Source of the DNA: Massalongia carnosa
Lineage: Eukaryota
Reading direction: 5' to 3'
NCBI GenBank assembly: GCA_965645245.1
Contig: OZ287083.1
Span: 1,178,001-1,242,000 of the forward strand
DNA length: 64,000 nt
A program made the translations under genes and the position numbers. This document shows positions 53,384 to 63,391 of the stretch, piece by piece (position 1 is the first letter of the stretch; each line of letters opens with the position of its first letter). The notes beneath the pieces are model-generated. The model ran no database searches. It worked only from the letters and a program-made list of their open reading frames with translations, and was not told the origin of the DNA.

Positions 53384-54668
53384 TTAAGTCGACTCCAGCC
53401 TCGAGAGCCAATTGATAACCTGACGTGGAAACTCCCAGTTAGTCGCTTCCAACCCCGCCGTTCATGACAAGCGAAAATCATACATACCATCATGGCCTGC
53501 ACCAAAGCAACTTTCAGTCCGTAGTTGCTCCCGTCCCAACTAGACGCTTGCAGGGTGAGATTGTACATCCCAAGAGCGTCAATCTCCCGCGCGTGCGCTT
53601 CTTTCGTCATCTCTATCGTATAGTGCCAAATCGCGTTGTTGCCCTGGCTCAGTATTTGGCCCGGGGGTTTAAGATGCCCTGCTGCTGTGGGGCCAAGCCA
53701 GAGAAATGGAACGTTTCGAGTGGTGGAATCGGCCAAACCGATCCATTCGTTCATCGACGCGGTTGCGACAGGCCACGAAAGTGACGTTGCCAACGATAGA
53801 GAGTGTATAACAGGAACCGGCTTGTATGATTCGGGGTCTTTCGCCAGTAAGGAGGTGAAAGTGCTGCGATAGCTTTCTTGGGCGGGCGAGCTCTCAATAG
53901 GGAGGAACATGTGTGGAGTCCCTAAATGATTGTCAGAGCTAAGGTTTTGGTTTTGCAGCGCGAAGACACATACGGTCACAATAATAGGGACTCCGGTGCC
54001 CACTACCTCCGTCGTTGTCTCTGACCTCTTGGTGATTCATAATTGAGTACTTCAGGCATTCAGCCTTGATGATTTGATCATCACAGCGGCATCCTATACG
54101 CTCGCCCTCCTTCATCTCCCATTGCCTAAGGCCACCCATTGCAAAATTCTCTCGGAGGAGCATGTTAAATGCAGCATAGACATGTTGCAGCATATTATCG
54201 CCAACAAAAACTATCCCGTCGAATCGTTCAAGAATCATACAGATTTCCGGGGTTGAGTACCACCGGTACTGACATCCAACAGGAAAGTACGGCGTCTCAA
54301 AGCCATGGCGTCCGCCTCCGCTTAGGGCATCGAGAAGTTTTGCACGATTGTTACAATATGGGGATTTCCTTTGTCCATCCTCGTCGCGCAGTGATGGGGG
54401 AACGTATAGATCTGTTGACACAATGCCGCAGTCCTGGTGCCCTTCGAAGTGGCTGAAATAGCTTCAATACCCCCGTTAACAGAAAGCCTAAGAAATGACA
54501 TTCTGTAACTTACTCTCCAGCCGCATTATGAGAAAAGGGGAGTCTATCGGTTTGCATGTGTGACTTAGAGAAAATACCAGTCCACCACAAGAAAACGATG
54601 ATCGTGATAAATAGGAAAAGCACCGTGCGCCTAAAAGATCCACGGAACGACCTGCTACGAGCCATCAT
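53384..54668 (-). CDS. Conserved fungal type II membrane protein, possibly SGNH/PC-esterase-like
   Basis: N-terminal TM (TVLFLFITIIVFLWW), CQYRWYS...EIC, IVFVGDNM, SWDGSNYG. Three introns; final exon IINWLSRLEST*. Confidence 0.7.
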
Positions 54669-55075
54669 GTCTCGCGGAGCCTCAATGCCCTGAACATGTT
54701 GGGGAGTTTGAGGCGCACTTGCAAAGCGTGGGAATGGATAGGCCATGAGAAGGTAATGACAGGGCGTGATTGTGTAGCTGTTTCTGATTGCGTTGTGATA
54801 CCTATCGGTTGTGTTGAAGGCAGCAAACCAGGTATGGATACTTCCATGGGGGTAATGTCCATCAGGAACACTTTCTTCGCTTAAGTTTCTTCTTTAGGGC
54901 TACTAGAATCGACCGCTTAGCAATAGAAGGTAGGAACTCGAAAGAAGTTAAGGAAATGAGATGGGTGGATAGGTCAAGCCTATCTTTTAGAATAATTATC
55001 GAGAAGCAAAGGTAAGCACCCAGGTAAGCTAGTATATTGTTATGGGAAATTGCTGTACGCTATATAGCACGTTCA

Positions 55076-55376
55076 ATCTATGACCCTTATCGGTGCCGTT
55101 ACCTTCGCTTGCGCTGGGGGGGCTTTTAATTGGATGAATTGATTTGAATGCTTGAATTTGATTGGGCATGGGAACGACACAGGTCAGCCCGGGCAGGCCT
55201 AGGCACGTGACTCGGGGTCGGTGCTGAGGTGAGAACCTCATCTTCTAGGCCCGAGGCGTCTGCTGACGCTCAACGATCCGATAGATGATGCCCGACGGCA
55301 GTGCCCGACGGCGATGATCTAGATGGAGGTGCCCGGCGGCGCTCCGGATCGATGCCCTGGTTGACCTGTACGCCCA
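55076..55376 (-). repeat. Split direct repeat B2 (301 bp, identical to B1 at 55606-55906)
   Basis: Line-by-line comparison shows no mismatches (offset 530). Confidence 0.95.
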
Positions 55377-55430
55377 TCGCTCACTTAAGGTGGCTTCTAA
55401 CTAGCTATGAATCTCGGGTGGCCGAGGGTG

Positions 55431-55606
55431 GGGAAAAGCAGCAAGCACTGACAGCGAGGTAGGGGCACCGAGACAACGTGGGGTCGACGACGAGTCAGTG
55501 AGATGGATGAGGCCGAGTGAGAAGAAGTGGATGAGGAAAGAATTTTCAGAGGGTGATTCTTAATTTACTTTGACTCAGGGGCCTCACGTGACATAGAACC
55601 ATCTCA
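55431..55606 (-). repeat. Split direct repeat A2 (176 bp, identical to A1 at 59764-59939)
   Basis: Line-by-line comparison shows no mismatches (offset 4333). Confidence 0.95.
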
Positions 55607-55906
55607 TCTATGACCCTTATCGGTGCCGTTACCTTCGCTTGCGCTGGGGGGGCTTTTAATTGGATGAATTGATTTGAATGCTTGAATTTGATTGGGCATG
55701 GGAACGACACAGGTCAGCCCGGGCAGGCCTAGGCACGTGACTCGGGGTCGGTGCTGAGGTGAGAACCTCATCTTCTAGGCCCGAGGCGTCTGCTGACGCT
55801 CAACGATCCGATAGATGATGCCCGACGGCAGTGCCCGACGGCGATGATCTAGATGGAGGTGCCCGGCGGCGCTCCGGATCGATGCCCTGGTTGACCTGTA
55901 CGCCCA
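55606..55906 (-). repeat. Split direct repeat B1 (overlaps the YR stop codon)
   Basis: Identical to 55076-55376; abuts A2 directly. Confidence 0.95.
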
Positions 55907-57012
55907 ATGGAATGCCCAATTGAGTAGGGGTAGGAGTTTGTAGGATTCGTCTCGGCGACGACAGCACGTGGGACTGCTAGAGGGATGCCTTTTTGAAAAC
56001 TGAGGTTCAAATTGAATAGTGAGGCCTGGGACGTCTGAAAGTATAGCTGAAACGCGTTTGATGACCATCTTCCGAGTCTCTGAATACTCTCATCCAGCAT
56101 CCCGTGGTCGGCGGCGTGTTGTGCTGCTCCTTTTCTGAAGCTGTGTCCCGAGTATGCCGAGTCGTTGATGCCGACGGCTATCAGTCTCTTTTTCAGGGAT
56201 GCTATGACGGAGGCTCTGGTGAATGCGGTGCCGAGACGAAAAAGCGGGGATGTAGATGGTTGAGGATCATTTCTGAAAAGACGCCGTAGTGCTGTCACGG
56301 GGCAAGTGCTCTCATTGGTCGCTGCCAGCACTATCTGAACTCCTGAGTGATTTGTGTCTGTTTTGCTTCTTTTGAGACGTAATGTCGCGTATTGATCGTT
56401 CTCGGCGAATGAGATGTCACCTCGTGTAGGTTTCAATCTCTGAAAAGATGTCTTCTTACGATCAGCGACAGTGTAGGTGATTTCCCCGAGTCTGAGGAAC
56501 CCTGCCCATGCAACTTTGAATGTCGCGTCGATGTTGAGGTCTTCGGCCGAATGAGCGGGAATACTGGTGATTTTTGTCAGTAATTCTTTTGAAATGGGTA
56601 GGCGTCTTCTTTTTGTCTGAGAAAAGATCCTTTTTCCCCCTTTCAGCATCAATTGAAGTCTCGGCCCCTCGAATGGGGTGAGGCCGTATCCTCGGTCTAC
56701 ATGGTATGATCTGAGGCCGGCGAGGTAGCTCGCTGCCGTCTCTGGTTTTATCTTTCCCTGCTTGGGTGTGCCGCCCCCGTATAGTCGACCGGCTAGCCAT
56801 TCCTCGAGGGACTCGGTTGTTGCAGGCCACGACGTGCGTCCCGTCGTCGCGCAGAATGCCTCGTATGAGTCGATCGCCGTCCCGTACCCTTTTCTCGTGT
56901 CCGCCGAGTGTCCGTGCCAGACGAGACGTTTTACCAGGGCTGACCCTGGTGTGGAGGATAGGTAGGTGGAGGGAGGTTCATCGAATTGTATGGGTTCTGC
57001 CAATGAGGGCAA
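55849..57012 (-). CDS. Tyrosine recombinase of the retrotransposon (no ATG start; probably entered by splicing)
   Basis: N-terminal binding domain (TRKGY...YLAGLRSYH), AWAGFLRLGE, KRSKTD, CPV, GHSFRKGAA, LGRWSSNAFQLY. Overlaps the RT/RH ORF end by 82 nt. Confidence 0.93.
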   Translation of the reverse strand: MPSLAEPIQFDEPPSTYLSSTPGSALVKRLVWHGHSADTRKGYGTAIDSYEAFCATTGRTSWPATTESLEEWLAGRLYGGGTPKQGKIKPETAASYLAGLRSYHVDRGYGLTPFEGPRLQLMLKGGKRIFSQTKRRRLPISKELLTKITSIPAHSAEDLNIDATFKVAWAGFLRLGEITYTVADRKKTSFQRLKPTRGDISFAENDQYATLRLKRSKTDTNHSGVQIVLAATNESTCPVTALRRLFRNDPQPSTSPLFRLGTAFTRASVIASLKKRLIAVGINDSAYSGHSFRKGAAQHAADHGMLDESIQRLGRWSSNAFQLYFQTSQASLFNLNLSFQKGIPLAVPRAVVAETNPTNSYPYSIGHSIGRTGQPGHRSGAPPGTSI

Positions 57013-58634
57013 AAGTTAGCCAATCTTTCATCATCAAAACGTGACAGGGCATCTGCTAGTCCATTGGAAGTGCCACTGATCCATTGACAACGTAGTACGA
57101 TGTCCCACTTTGCAGCTATGGACAGTATTTCTCGTAGAGGCGCGTTGGCCGGTCCCTTGAGGGTTAGATTCGTGAATCCTGTGTATGCTGTGTTGCTGTC
57201 GGTAAAGACAAGGATCTGTCGATGTCGCCATGTCGGCGCCCATTTCTGAAGGATTAGAAGGATAGCTTCGACTTCTCGGACGTTTATGCTCGGTGATCCT
57301 TCCTGATTGAGGACTAGGACTCGGGCCCTACATGCGTTTTTTTGATTCACGAGCTCGTTGTCTTGTTGAAAATAGCCTCCGAGACCCGTGAGGCATGCAT
57401 CCGTATGCACCTTGATCGTGTCTCGTGTTGACGTCTCGAAGAAGACAATACCGTTGAAGTCCACTAGAAGTTTGTTCCACCAGATGAGATCCTGTCTGAC
57501 CCATGTGGGAATTCTTCTTTTGACCCGACGATGACTGCCCGAGGGAAATGAGGCTATAAAATTCCAGAATAATCGTAAGAAGACTCGGCCCAATTTGACT
57601 GCCTGTGCGCAGAAGCTTAGGAAGCCCGCTATTGACTGCATGTCGCCGAGGCTGATTGTCGTCTCGTTTAGTGCCTTTGTAGTGATGATTCTCGCTTTTT
57701 CCAGCTTGTCCGCTGGCAGACGAATAAGACTGTTGATGGTGTCGACCTCGAGTCCGAAGACTGTCGCTGTCGTTCCCTCGGCGTCTTTTGAGTCGTTTCT
57801 CGGGATGCCAAGAATGTCGGTGAGAATGTTGTAGGCTTTTGTTTCTTGGTGCAATCGTTCTGACGATGTCTCGGATGGGAAAATTGCAACGAAGTCGTCT
57901 AGATAGTGATGTAATCTCCATTGTAGAAAGGATTCCAAAATCCAATGAAAGCCTTCCGCAAAAAGATTGAAGATGAACGGGGCCGTCGACAGTCCGAACG
58001 AAAGGCATGTCTCGGTGTAGAATTCGTCATTCCATCCGAAACCCAGAAGCCATTGATGATGAGGTGCGACGGGAACGTTTCGAAAGGCGTCTTTGACGTC
58101 TCTTTTCACTATGACAGCACCTTTGCCCGCTGACAGAATCAATTGAATAATGTCGTCGAGTCTGGCGTATTGTAATTTGGATGCCTCTTCTGGAATGTTG
58201 TCGTTGACTGATGTTTGATTGGGATGAGACAGATGATGAATGCGTCGCCATCCTCCGTCATGTTTCGGGACCAAGCCGAGGGGGGAGGCCACAAATGGCT
58301 GACTCGGGGCGGCTATTCGTCTGACTCGGCCCTTCCTGAGGTCCTCTTGGAGCTTATTCTCGATCGTTTCCGGGTCCTCATTCGCTGATGTCAGATTTTT
58401 TTCGATCCGAAGGATGTCTGTGGGGCCTTCGTATCCGATTTGTACTCCGAAACGAAGGATCATGGGCAGATGGACTCGGAGGGGGCCCGGATACTCTTGA
58501 AGTAGAGTTGCCCATGCGGACGGTACGAGGGGAGATGGGCTGTCTTTCAAACGCTGACGAGATGCGTCTACGAGTTGAAACGAAGGGATTGTATTTGGTC
58601 TGATTGGTGCAGGTAAGCAGGGATGGGACGTCAT
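56931..58634 (-). CDS. Reverse transcriptase - RNase H (pol) of the retrotransposon
   Basis: SPLGLVPK...WRRIHHLS, DVKDAFR, LSFGLSTAPFIF, HYLDDF, FGLEVDT; RNase H TDAC...REVEA...TDS...ADALSR. Confidence 0.96.
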   Translation of the reverse strand: MTSHPCLPAPIRPNTIPSFQLVDASRQRLKDSPSPLVPSAWATLLQEYPGPLRVHLPMILRFGVQIGYEGPTDILRIEKNLTSANEDPETIENKLQEDLRKGRVRRIAAPSQPFVASPLGLVPKHDGGWRRIHHLSHPNQTSVNDNIPEEASKLQYARLDDIIQLILSAGKGAVIVKRDVKDAFRNVPVAPHHQWLLGFGWNDEFYTETCLSFGLSTAPFIFNLFAEGFHWILESFLQWRLHHYLDDFVAIFPSETSSERLHQETKAYNILTDILGIPRNDSKDAEGTTATVFGLEVDTINSLIRLPADKLEKARIITTKALNETTISLGDMQSIAGFLSFCAQAVKLGRVFLRLFWNFIASFPSGSHRRVKRRIPTWVRQDLIWWNKLLVDFNGIVFFETSTRDTIKVHTDACLTGLGGYFQQDNELVNQKNACRARVLVLNQEGSPSINVREVEAILLILQKWAPTWRHRQILVFTDSNTAYTGFTNLTLKGPANAPLREILSIAAKWDIVLRCQWISGTSNGLADALSRFDDERLANFCPHWQNPYNSMNLPPPTYPPHQGQPW

Positions 58635-58679
58635 GAATTCAGCTATTGAAGCTATTCTACTGCCTCCTGCACCAACCCC

Positions 58680-59693
58680 CTATTTCTTCGTTGGGCATGT
58701 CTTCTGGCCATGCCCAGCCGCGCCGCACGATTTACATTTGTGCTGTCGGTAGCACGACGGCCAGGTGCAGGTGCCGCTGTTGTACTTGTCGCAGATTTCC
58801 CCCGCTGCCTTCTCGGCCCTATCGGCCCTGTCTCCTCTCGGGGTCGGTCGCCGGGACGGCGGGGATCGTGAGCGGCGACGGCGTAGGACTGTGAGGGGGG
58901 TGCAGAATCGAGCTTGGAATTCGTCGGGCATTTTCCATTGGGATGCGTCGGATGGCTGAGACGCGATGATGTGAGTGTGGGTTTCGATGGCGAGGGGGAG
59001 GACTGCTTCCTGCCACTCGTACACCTTGGCCAGCGTGAGGATTTTTCCGTGGAATGCCGACATGGTGGCGTGAAGCTGTTGACTCGATTTCCCGAAAAGA
59101 CTGACCATGATCGAGGTGTAGTTGATGAAGCTCTCGGTCCAGACGTCATGAACTGTCTTTCCGAAATCTTTGTAGGTCCCGGATGCCTTTCTCAACCTCA
59201 AGGCGCCGTCTTCGATGCCGATGCGGTCCTGATCCTTGTAGGACTCGTATTGCATGCCGTGCATGTGTCGGAGGCGGGAGAGGTTGATGGCTTTGAATTT
59301 ATTTGAAAAGATCTTGATGATCTCGTCCTGTGGTAGGCCCGCGAAACGGGGTGCTATACTTCTTACTTCGAGAGGGATCTCACCTAGGTCCTCGTCGTCA
59401 TCGCCGACGACACGACTCGGCTTGCCAGCAGGAATGACGGCCGCTATTCGGGCGTCAGATTCTCGGCGCATGCAGTCGATTTCTAGCTGCATTTTTTCCA
59501 CCTCCTTCTCGGCGACCAATGCCTTGGACTCGGCAATTCTGGCCTCAGCCTCGGCCGCCTTCGCTTCTGCCTCGGCTTTCTTCTTTTGTAGGGCGAAGAT
59601 TTGATTGGACTGGGCCTGCGTCAATCCGACAATCTCCTGGGAGTCGGGGACTATGTCGTCCATCGGGGTGCTTTGGGAACGGGTGTTCGTCAT
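58680..59693 (-). CDS. Gag-like ORF1 (N-terminal coiled coil, C-terminal CCCH plus CCHC zinc fingers)
   Basis: ATG at 59693 (MTNTRSQ), KAEAEAKAAEAEARIAE coiled coil, CDKYNSGTCTWPSCYRQH then CKSCGAAGHGQKTC. Confidence 0.9.
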   Translation of the reverse strand: MTNTRSQSTPMDDIVPDSQEIVGLTQAQSNQIFALQKKKAEAEAKAAEAEARIAESKALVAEKEVEKMQLEIDCMRRESDARIAAVIPAGKPSRVVGDDDEDLGEIPLEVRSIAPRFAGLPQDEIIKIFSNKFKAINLSRLRHMHGMQYESYKDQDRIGIEDGALRLRKASGTYKDFGKTVHDVWTESFINYTSIMVSLFGKSSQQLHATMSAFHGKILTLAKVYEWQEAVLPLAIETHTHIIASQPSDASQWKMPDEFQARFCTPLTVLRRRRSRSPPSRRPTPRGDRADRAEKAAGEICDKYNSGTCTWPSCYRQHKCKSCGAAGHGQKTCPTKK

Positions 59694-59763
59694 TGGGAAA
59701 AAGCACCGACAGCGAGGTAGGGGCACCGAGGACAACGTGAGGTCGACGACGAGTCAGTGAGAT

Positions 59764-59939
59764 GGGAAAAGCAGCAAGCACTGACAGCGAGGTAGGGGCA
59801 CCGAGACAACGTGGGGTCGACGACGAGTCAGTGAGATGGATGAGGCCGAGTGAGAAGAAGTGGATGAGGAAAGAATTTTCAGAGGGTGATTCTTAATTTA
59901 CTTTGACTCAGGGGCCTCACGTGACATAGAACCATCTCA
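59764..59939 (-). repeat. Split direct repeat A1 (5' terminus of the element)
   Basis: Identical to 55431-55606. Confidence 0.95.
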
Positions 59940-61686
59940 CCATTTAAGGGGACCTCTATCAATTCCGTAGAAACCCACCATAGCGTGAATTCGTATCAGC
60001 AAGGTATTGAGAAACTGCAAAGTATATGAACTCACCTTCGTCGGAACGTATATACAAACTTGCTTATGCCATTCTGAAAACAGATTATCGAGACCATATA
60101 GCCCTCTTTGCTTGCAGGGAACCCCACCCAAGAATACACATCCTCAAGAAAAGAATGTATATTAGACATCACACCAAGTTTTGTTCATATTATGTCGACG
60201 CTGCCGACTCACAGCTTAAGCAAGTATTGTCATATCTTCCTTGCCTGCTAGGATTGCTTACATCTTATTTGTGTTTTCGGGGGTTTCTCATGGGCGATCT
60301 TTTGAGTTGCGTCCCAAGGTATGACTGGCGCACATTATCATTCAAAACAAAGACAAGTTGCGGCGCTTGCTAAGACCCTTACGAAAGGGGTCAACAGGTA
60401 AGATAAGGTAGAAGTAAAACAAAAGGCGTTGGAGAACTGGATATCTTGGACTATTCGATGTGATCCATTGGAATGAAAGCACTTCAGTCTGTAGACTCAA
60501 GAGAGGATGAGAATATCGTGAACTAGTTCTTCAATGTGATCCATGGAAAACGAAAACACTTCCAGCTTCAGAACTAACAGAGAGGCATTGTATTCTTAAT
60601 GAGGCAACAAACTGCCATATGAGAAGACTAGGTATTAACCCCGACAAAATAACCAGCTGTACCAACCTCTTTCCTTGAAACGTTTTTCTTCTGCAACTGG
60701 CAATCTTGATAAACCTCACGACTGACTACTCGTTCATATTTCCTGCCCTGAAGAGTTTCTTTTCTGGTTGGCTGTGATGTCAAACCCTTCACCGTCTAAT
60801 TTTCTCACTTCTGGAGTGTTGAGTAAAAATTTGAGCTTCACCTTTCACATACGACCACAGACTGAGGACATACAGGGTATCCCGTCCGCTCTGCCAACTG
60901 AAAACTCAGATCGATCGGTTAGTAATTGGTTGGGTGACCACCAGCGAATTCCGGTTGTTGTATGTTTTTGATTTTAAAAGATGAAATTGAAGCTGTTGGT
61001 AGATTTGTTGGGGCAGGATTGAGGAAGCGGTGGAGAGAGGGAGCTCGTATCAAATCACTTGGAACCCGATCGAGGTCGACCTGCATGCGGGCGTTCGGAG
61101 GATGCATTCTCTATGCGTCAAGTCATGCAAACTCAGGCGCGCAAGCTGCTGCGCACGCTCCAAGCCCGAATACTTAAACTTTCTACTAACCTCTAATTTA
61201 CCTGTTTGGTACCGTTGAAAATGCTATGGGTTGAGTGTTTAGAATTCTGAGTACTGAATACGAGAAGGATCCGATGTCCACCGGCGATAGCTTTTCGTTC
61301 CCCGAATGGCTGTGATAATGTAGTCATAATGGAGGATTACGATTCGACAATAAACGCCATTTACGATTTTGTTCCTGCAGCTAACTAACTAGTAGGCCCG
61401 CCCTCGGAAGCCATGCGGCCGAAGCTGGTCCGAGCGACGGATCCTTCCCCTGAAAATCTGCTTTTTGTTAATTCCCGATGAGAGAGCCGTACCGTTGACA
61501 TCGCTAATACTTCCGAATGTAGATCAATAGAGATCTATAGAGTAATCTGTTAGCATTGAAGCTAGGCAACAATGTTTTCCATATATGTGCCCAAGGGGAG
61601 ACCCGTTCTCCGGTTTGAGTGTGAACCAAAGGTTAAGCCAGACAATCGTCTTCGACTCGCCAGTGGCCCGCTTACCCAGCTCGAAA

Positions 61687-63102
61687 ATGTCCATGTCTGC
61701 GGAGGAATATGCTTACCAGATCGCTCACATTCATGACGATAGAAGACCAAAGATCGTGGCGGCAATCGTTGTGCTGATGCTGCTGTCGTCGATAGCGATG
61801 CTGTTGAGACTCGTTGTTCGATTCAGGACGAAGGCTCGGCTCCAAGCCGACGACTTCACGGTTTTTCTTGCTTATGTACGTATCGGGCACGAATGGCCGA
61901 GTGGTGTGCAAATATATTGAGCTATCATAGCTTCTGGCGTGGGGCTCTTTTACCTGTATTTACTACGGCAAGAATCCACCTTCCCGCTCGCCCCATAAGC
62001 CATACACGCTTATTCTTTTGCAGAAACCCGAAATGGATTGGGCAAGCACCTTGTGGCCGCGAGTCCAGAGCAATTAGAGGCATTTATTAAGGTCACTCTC
62101 CTGTTGCCAAGCAGAGCATGAAAGGTGGAGCTGACTTGTCGGTCCTCTATCTCCAGTACTTGCTCTTCTCGGGACCAGCATATGTTATAGGCGTGATGTT
62201 TACTCAGCTCTCATTTCTATTTCTCTATAAACGAGTTTTCACAACGCAGGTTGTGTGGTTTGCCAATACGCTCTATGTACTTGCCGCTCTCAGCTTCGCC
62301 GCTGGTATATCAATATTCTTTTCTGCGATATTACAGTGCACACCGTTCAAATATCGCTGGGACAGGACAATCACAGGACACTGCATTAATGTGAACGCTC
62401 TATGGATTGTCGACGATGCGTTGAATCTTATAATTGATGTTTGCATCGTGGTCGCTCCGATCCCACTTGTCTGGCATCTTCAGATGAGTTTAAGAACCAA
62501 GTGCGCTGTGGTTGGCATGTTCTTACTAGGAGGCTTGTCAGTGGCTCAACATAACCCGCCTATGCTAAAAATACGGACTGACTGAAAATGGGGAATAGCG
62601 TTGTAGTGATGAACCTAATCAGGCTTCCACAGCTAATCCACATCCCTATAGTAGATTTGACATGTCGGTTTCCCTTGTGCCTTTTCAGAAGCATTAGCTA
62701 ATATTGAATCCAGATAATTATGTTCCCGCAGCGGTCTACACTCATGCAGAACTTTGCTTAGGTATTGTCAGTGCCTGCTTGCCTTGTTTTAAGCCTCTCT
62801 TTCGAGAAATGGTTCTGGTCCCTACAGATAGAAGCAAGTCGTCGTTAGAGCCTCAACATCATTTTAAAGCGCCACTGGATCGATACACTACGCTACATGG
62901 ACAGGAACCATGGGCGAATGGGTCAAAAAGCATGCTCGTCCCAGTTCAAGAGAGGGTTACGTTGCCTCAAAGTCGTGATCATGGTATCGAAGGCAAGGCG
63001 ACCCTTGGAGTTCGCTCAGATCAGGATGTGGAGTTAGGTCTGTCTACGGATCGGCGTAACTCGATCAGCGGATGCGTAAACTCAGGATGTGAGACGATCT
63101 GA
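61687..63102 (+). CDS. Pth11-like (fungal rhodopsin-family) integral membrane protein, no CFEM domain seen
   Basis: LRLVVR...LQADD, GLGKH, LSFLFLYKRVF, QCTPF...WD...GHC, DVCIVVAPIPLVWHLQM, ELCLGIVSACLP. Several introns. Confidence 0.87.
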
Positions 63103-63391
63103 TGTAAGGGTTCTTTATACGAGAATTTCTCACATCGTAAGGTTCTTGGCTCGAGTTGCTTAGCTTTGATTATGTTGCTATAATTACTAAGGTTTTCAGC
63201 AGTTTATGATTTAACTGTAGGATCTAGAATCCTTTGCCGTGTGGGTGCATATGCAGCCAACAACCACCAGTTGACCTAGCTTCACAAATGAATGCATCTT
63301 ATGTTGCCAGCTTTTAGATTCATGCGGTGCTTGCTTGTAGCATTAGCGATACTCAAGCTCAGCAACAGGATATAAACCAGTCGATTTCGCC

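Larger units (their letters stand above)
55076..59939 (-). mobile_element. Ngaro-type tyrosine-recombinase retrotransposon, apparently intact (A1-gag-RT/RH-YR-B1-A2-spacer-B2)
   Basis: Three uninterrupted ORFs, identical split direct repeats, no TSD, no integrase, protease or methyltransferase domain seen. Confidence 0.95.

Noticed and set aside
55076..55606. Hammerhead or HDV-like ribozyme in the terminal repeats or spacer
   Set aside because: Hairpins exist (e.g. TGAGGT-GAGA-ACCTCA), but I found no CUGANGA/GAAA core or HDV topology by eye; an Infernal scan would settle it.
55076..55906. Identical 301-bp duplication as an assembly artefact or LTR pair
   Set aside because: Geometry A1...B1-A2-B2 with YR and no integrase matches split direct repeats; no TG...CA LTRs, PBS or TSD.
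55849..57012. YR as a Starship captain, Crypton or phage integrase
   Set aside because: Short, intron-free, overlapping an RT/RH ORF and enclosed by the retroelement repeats; no cargo.
58652..59149. 165-aa alternative-frame ORF overlapping the gag end as a frameshift route to pol
   Set aside because: It stops at 58652 and is not in the pol frame; gag itself is in frame with pol.
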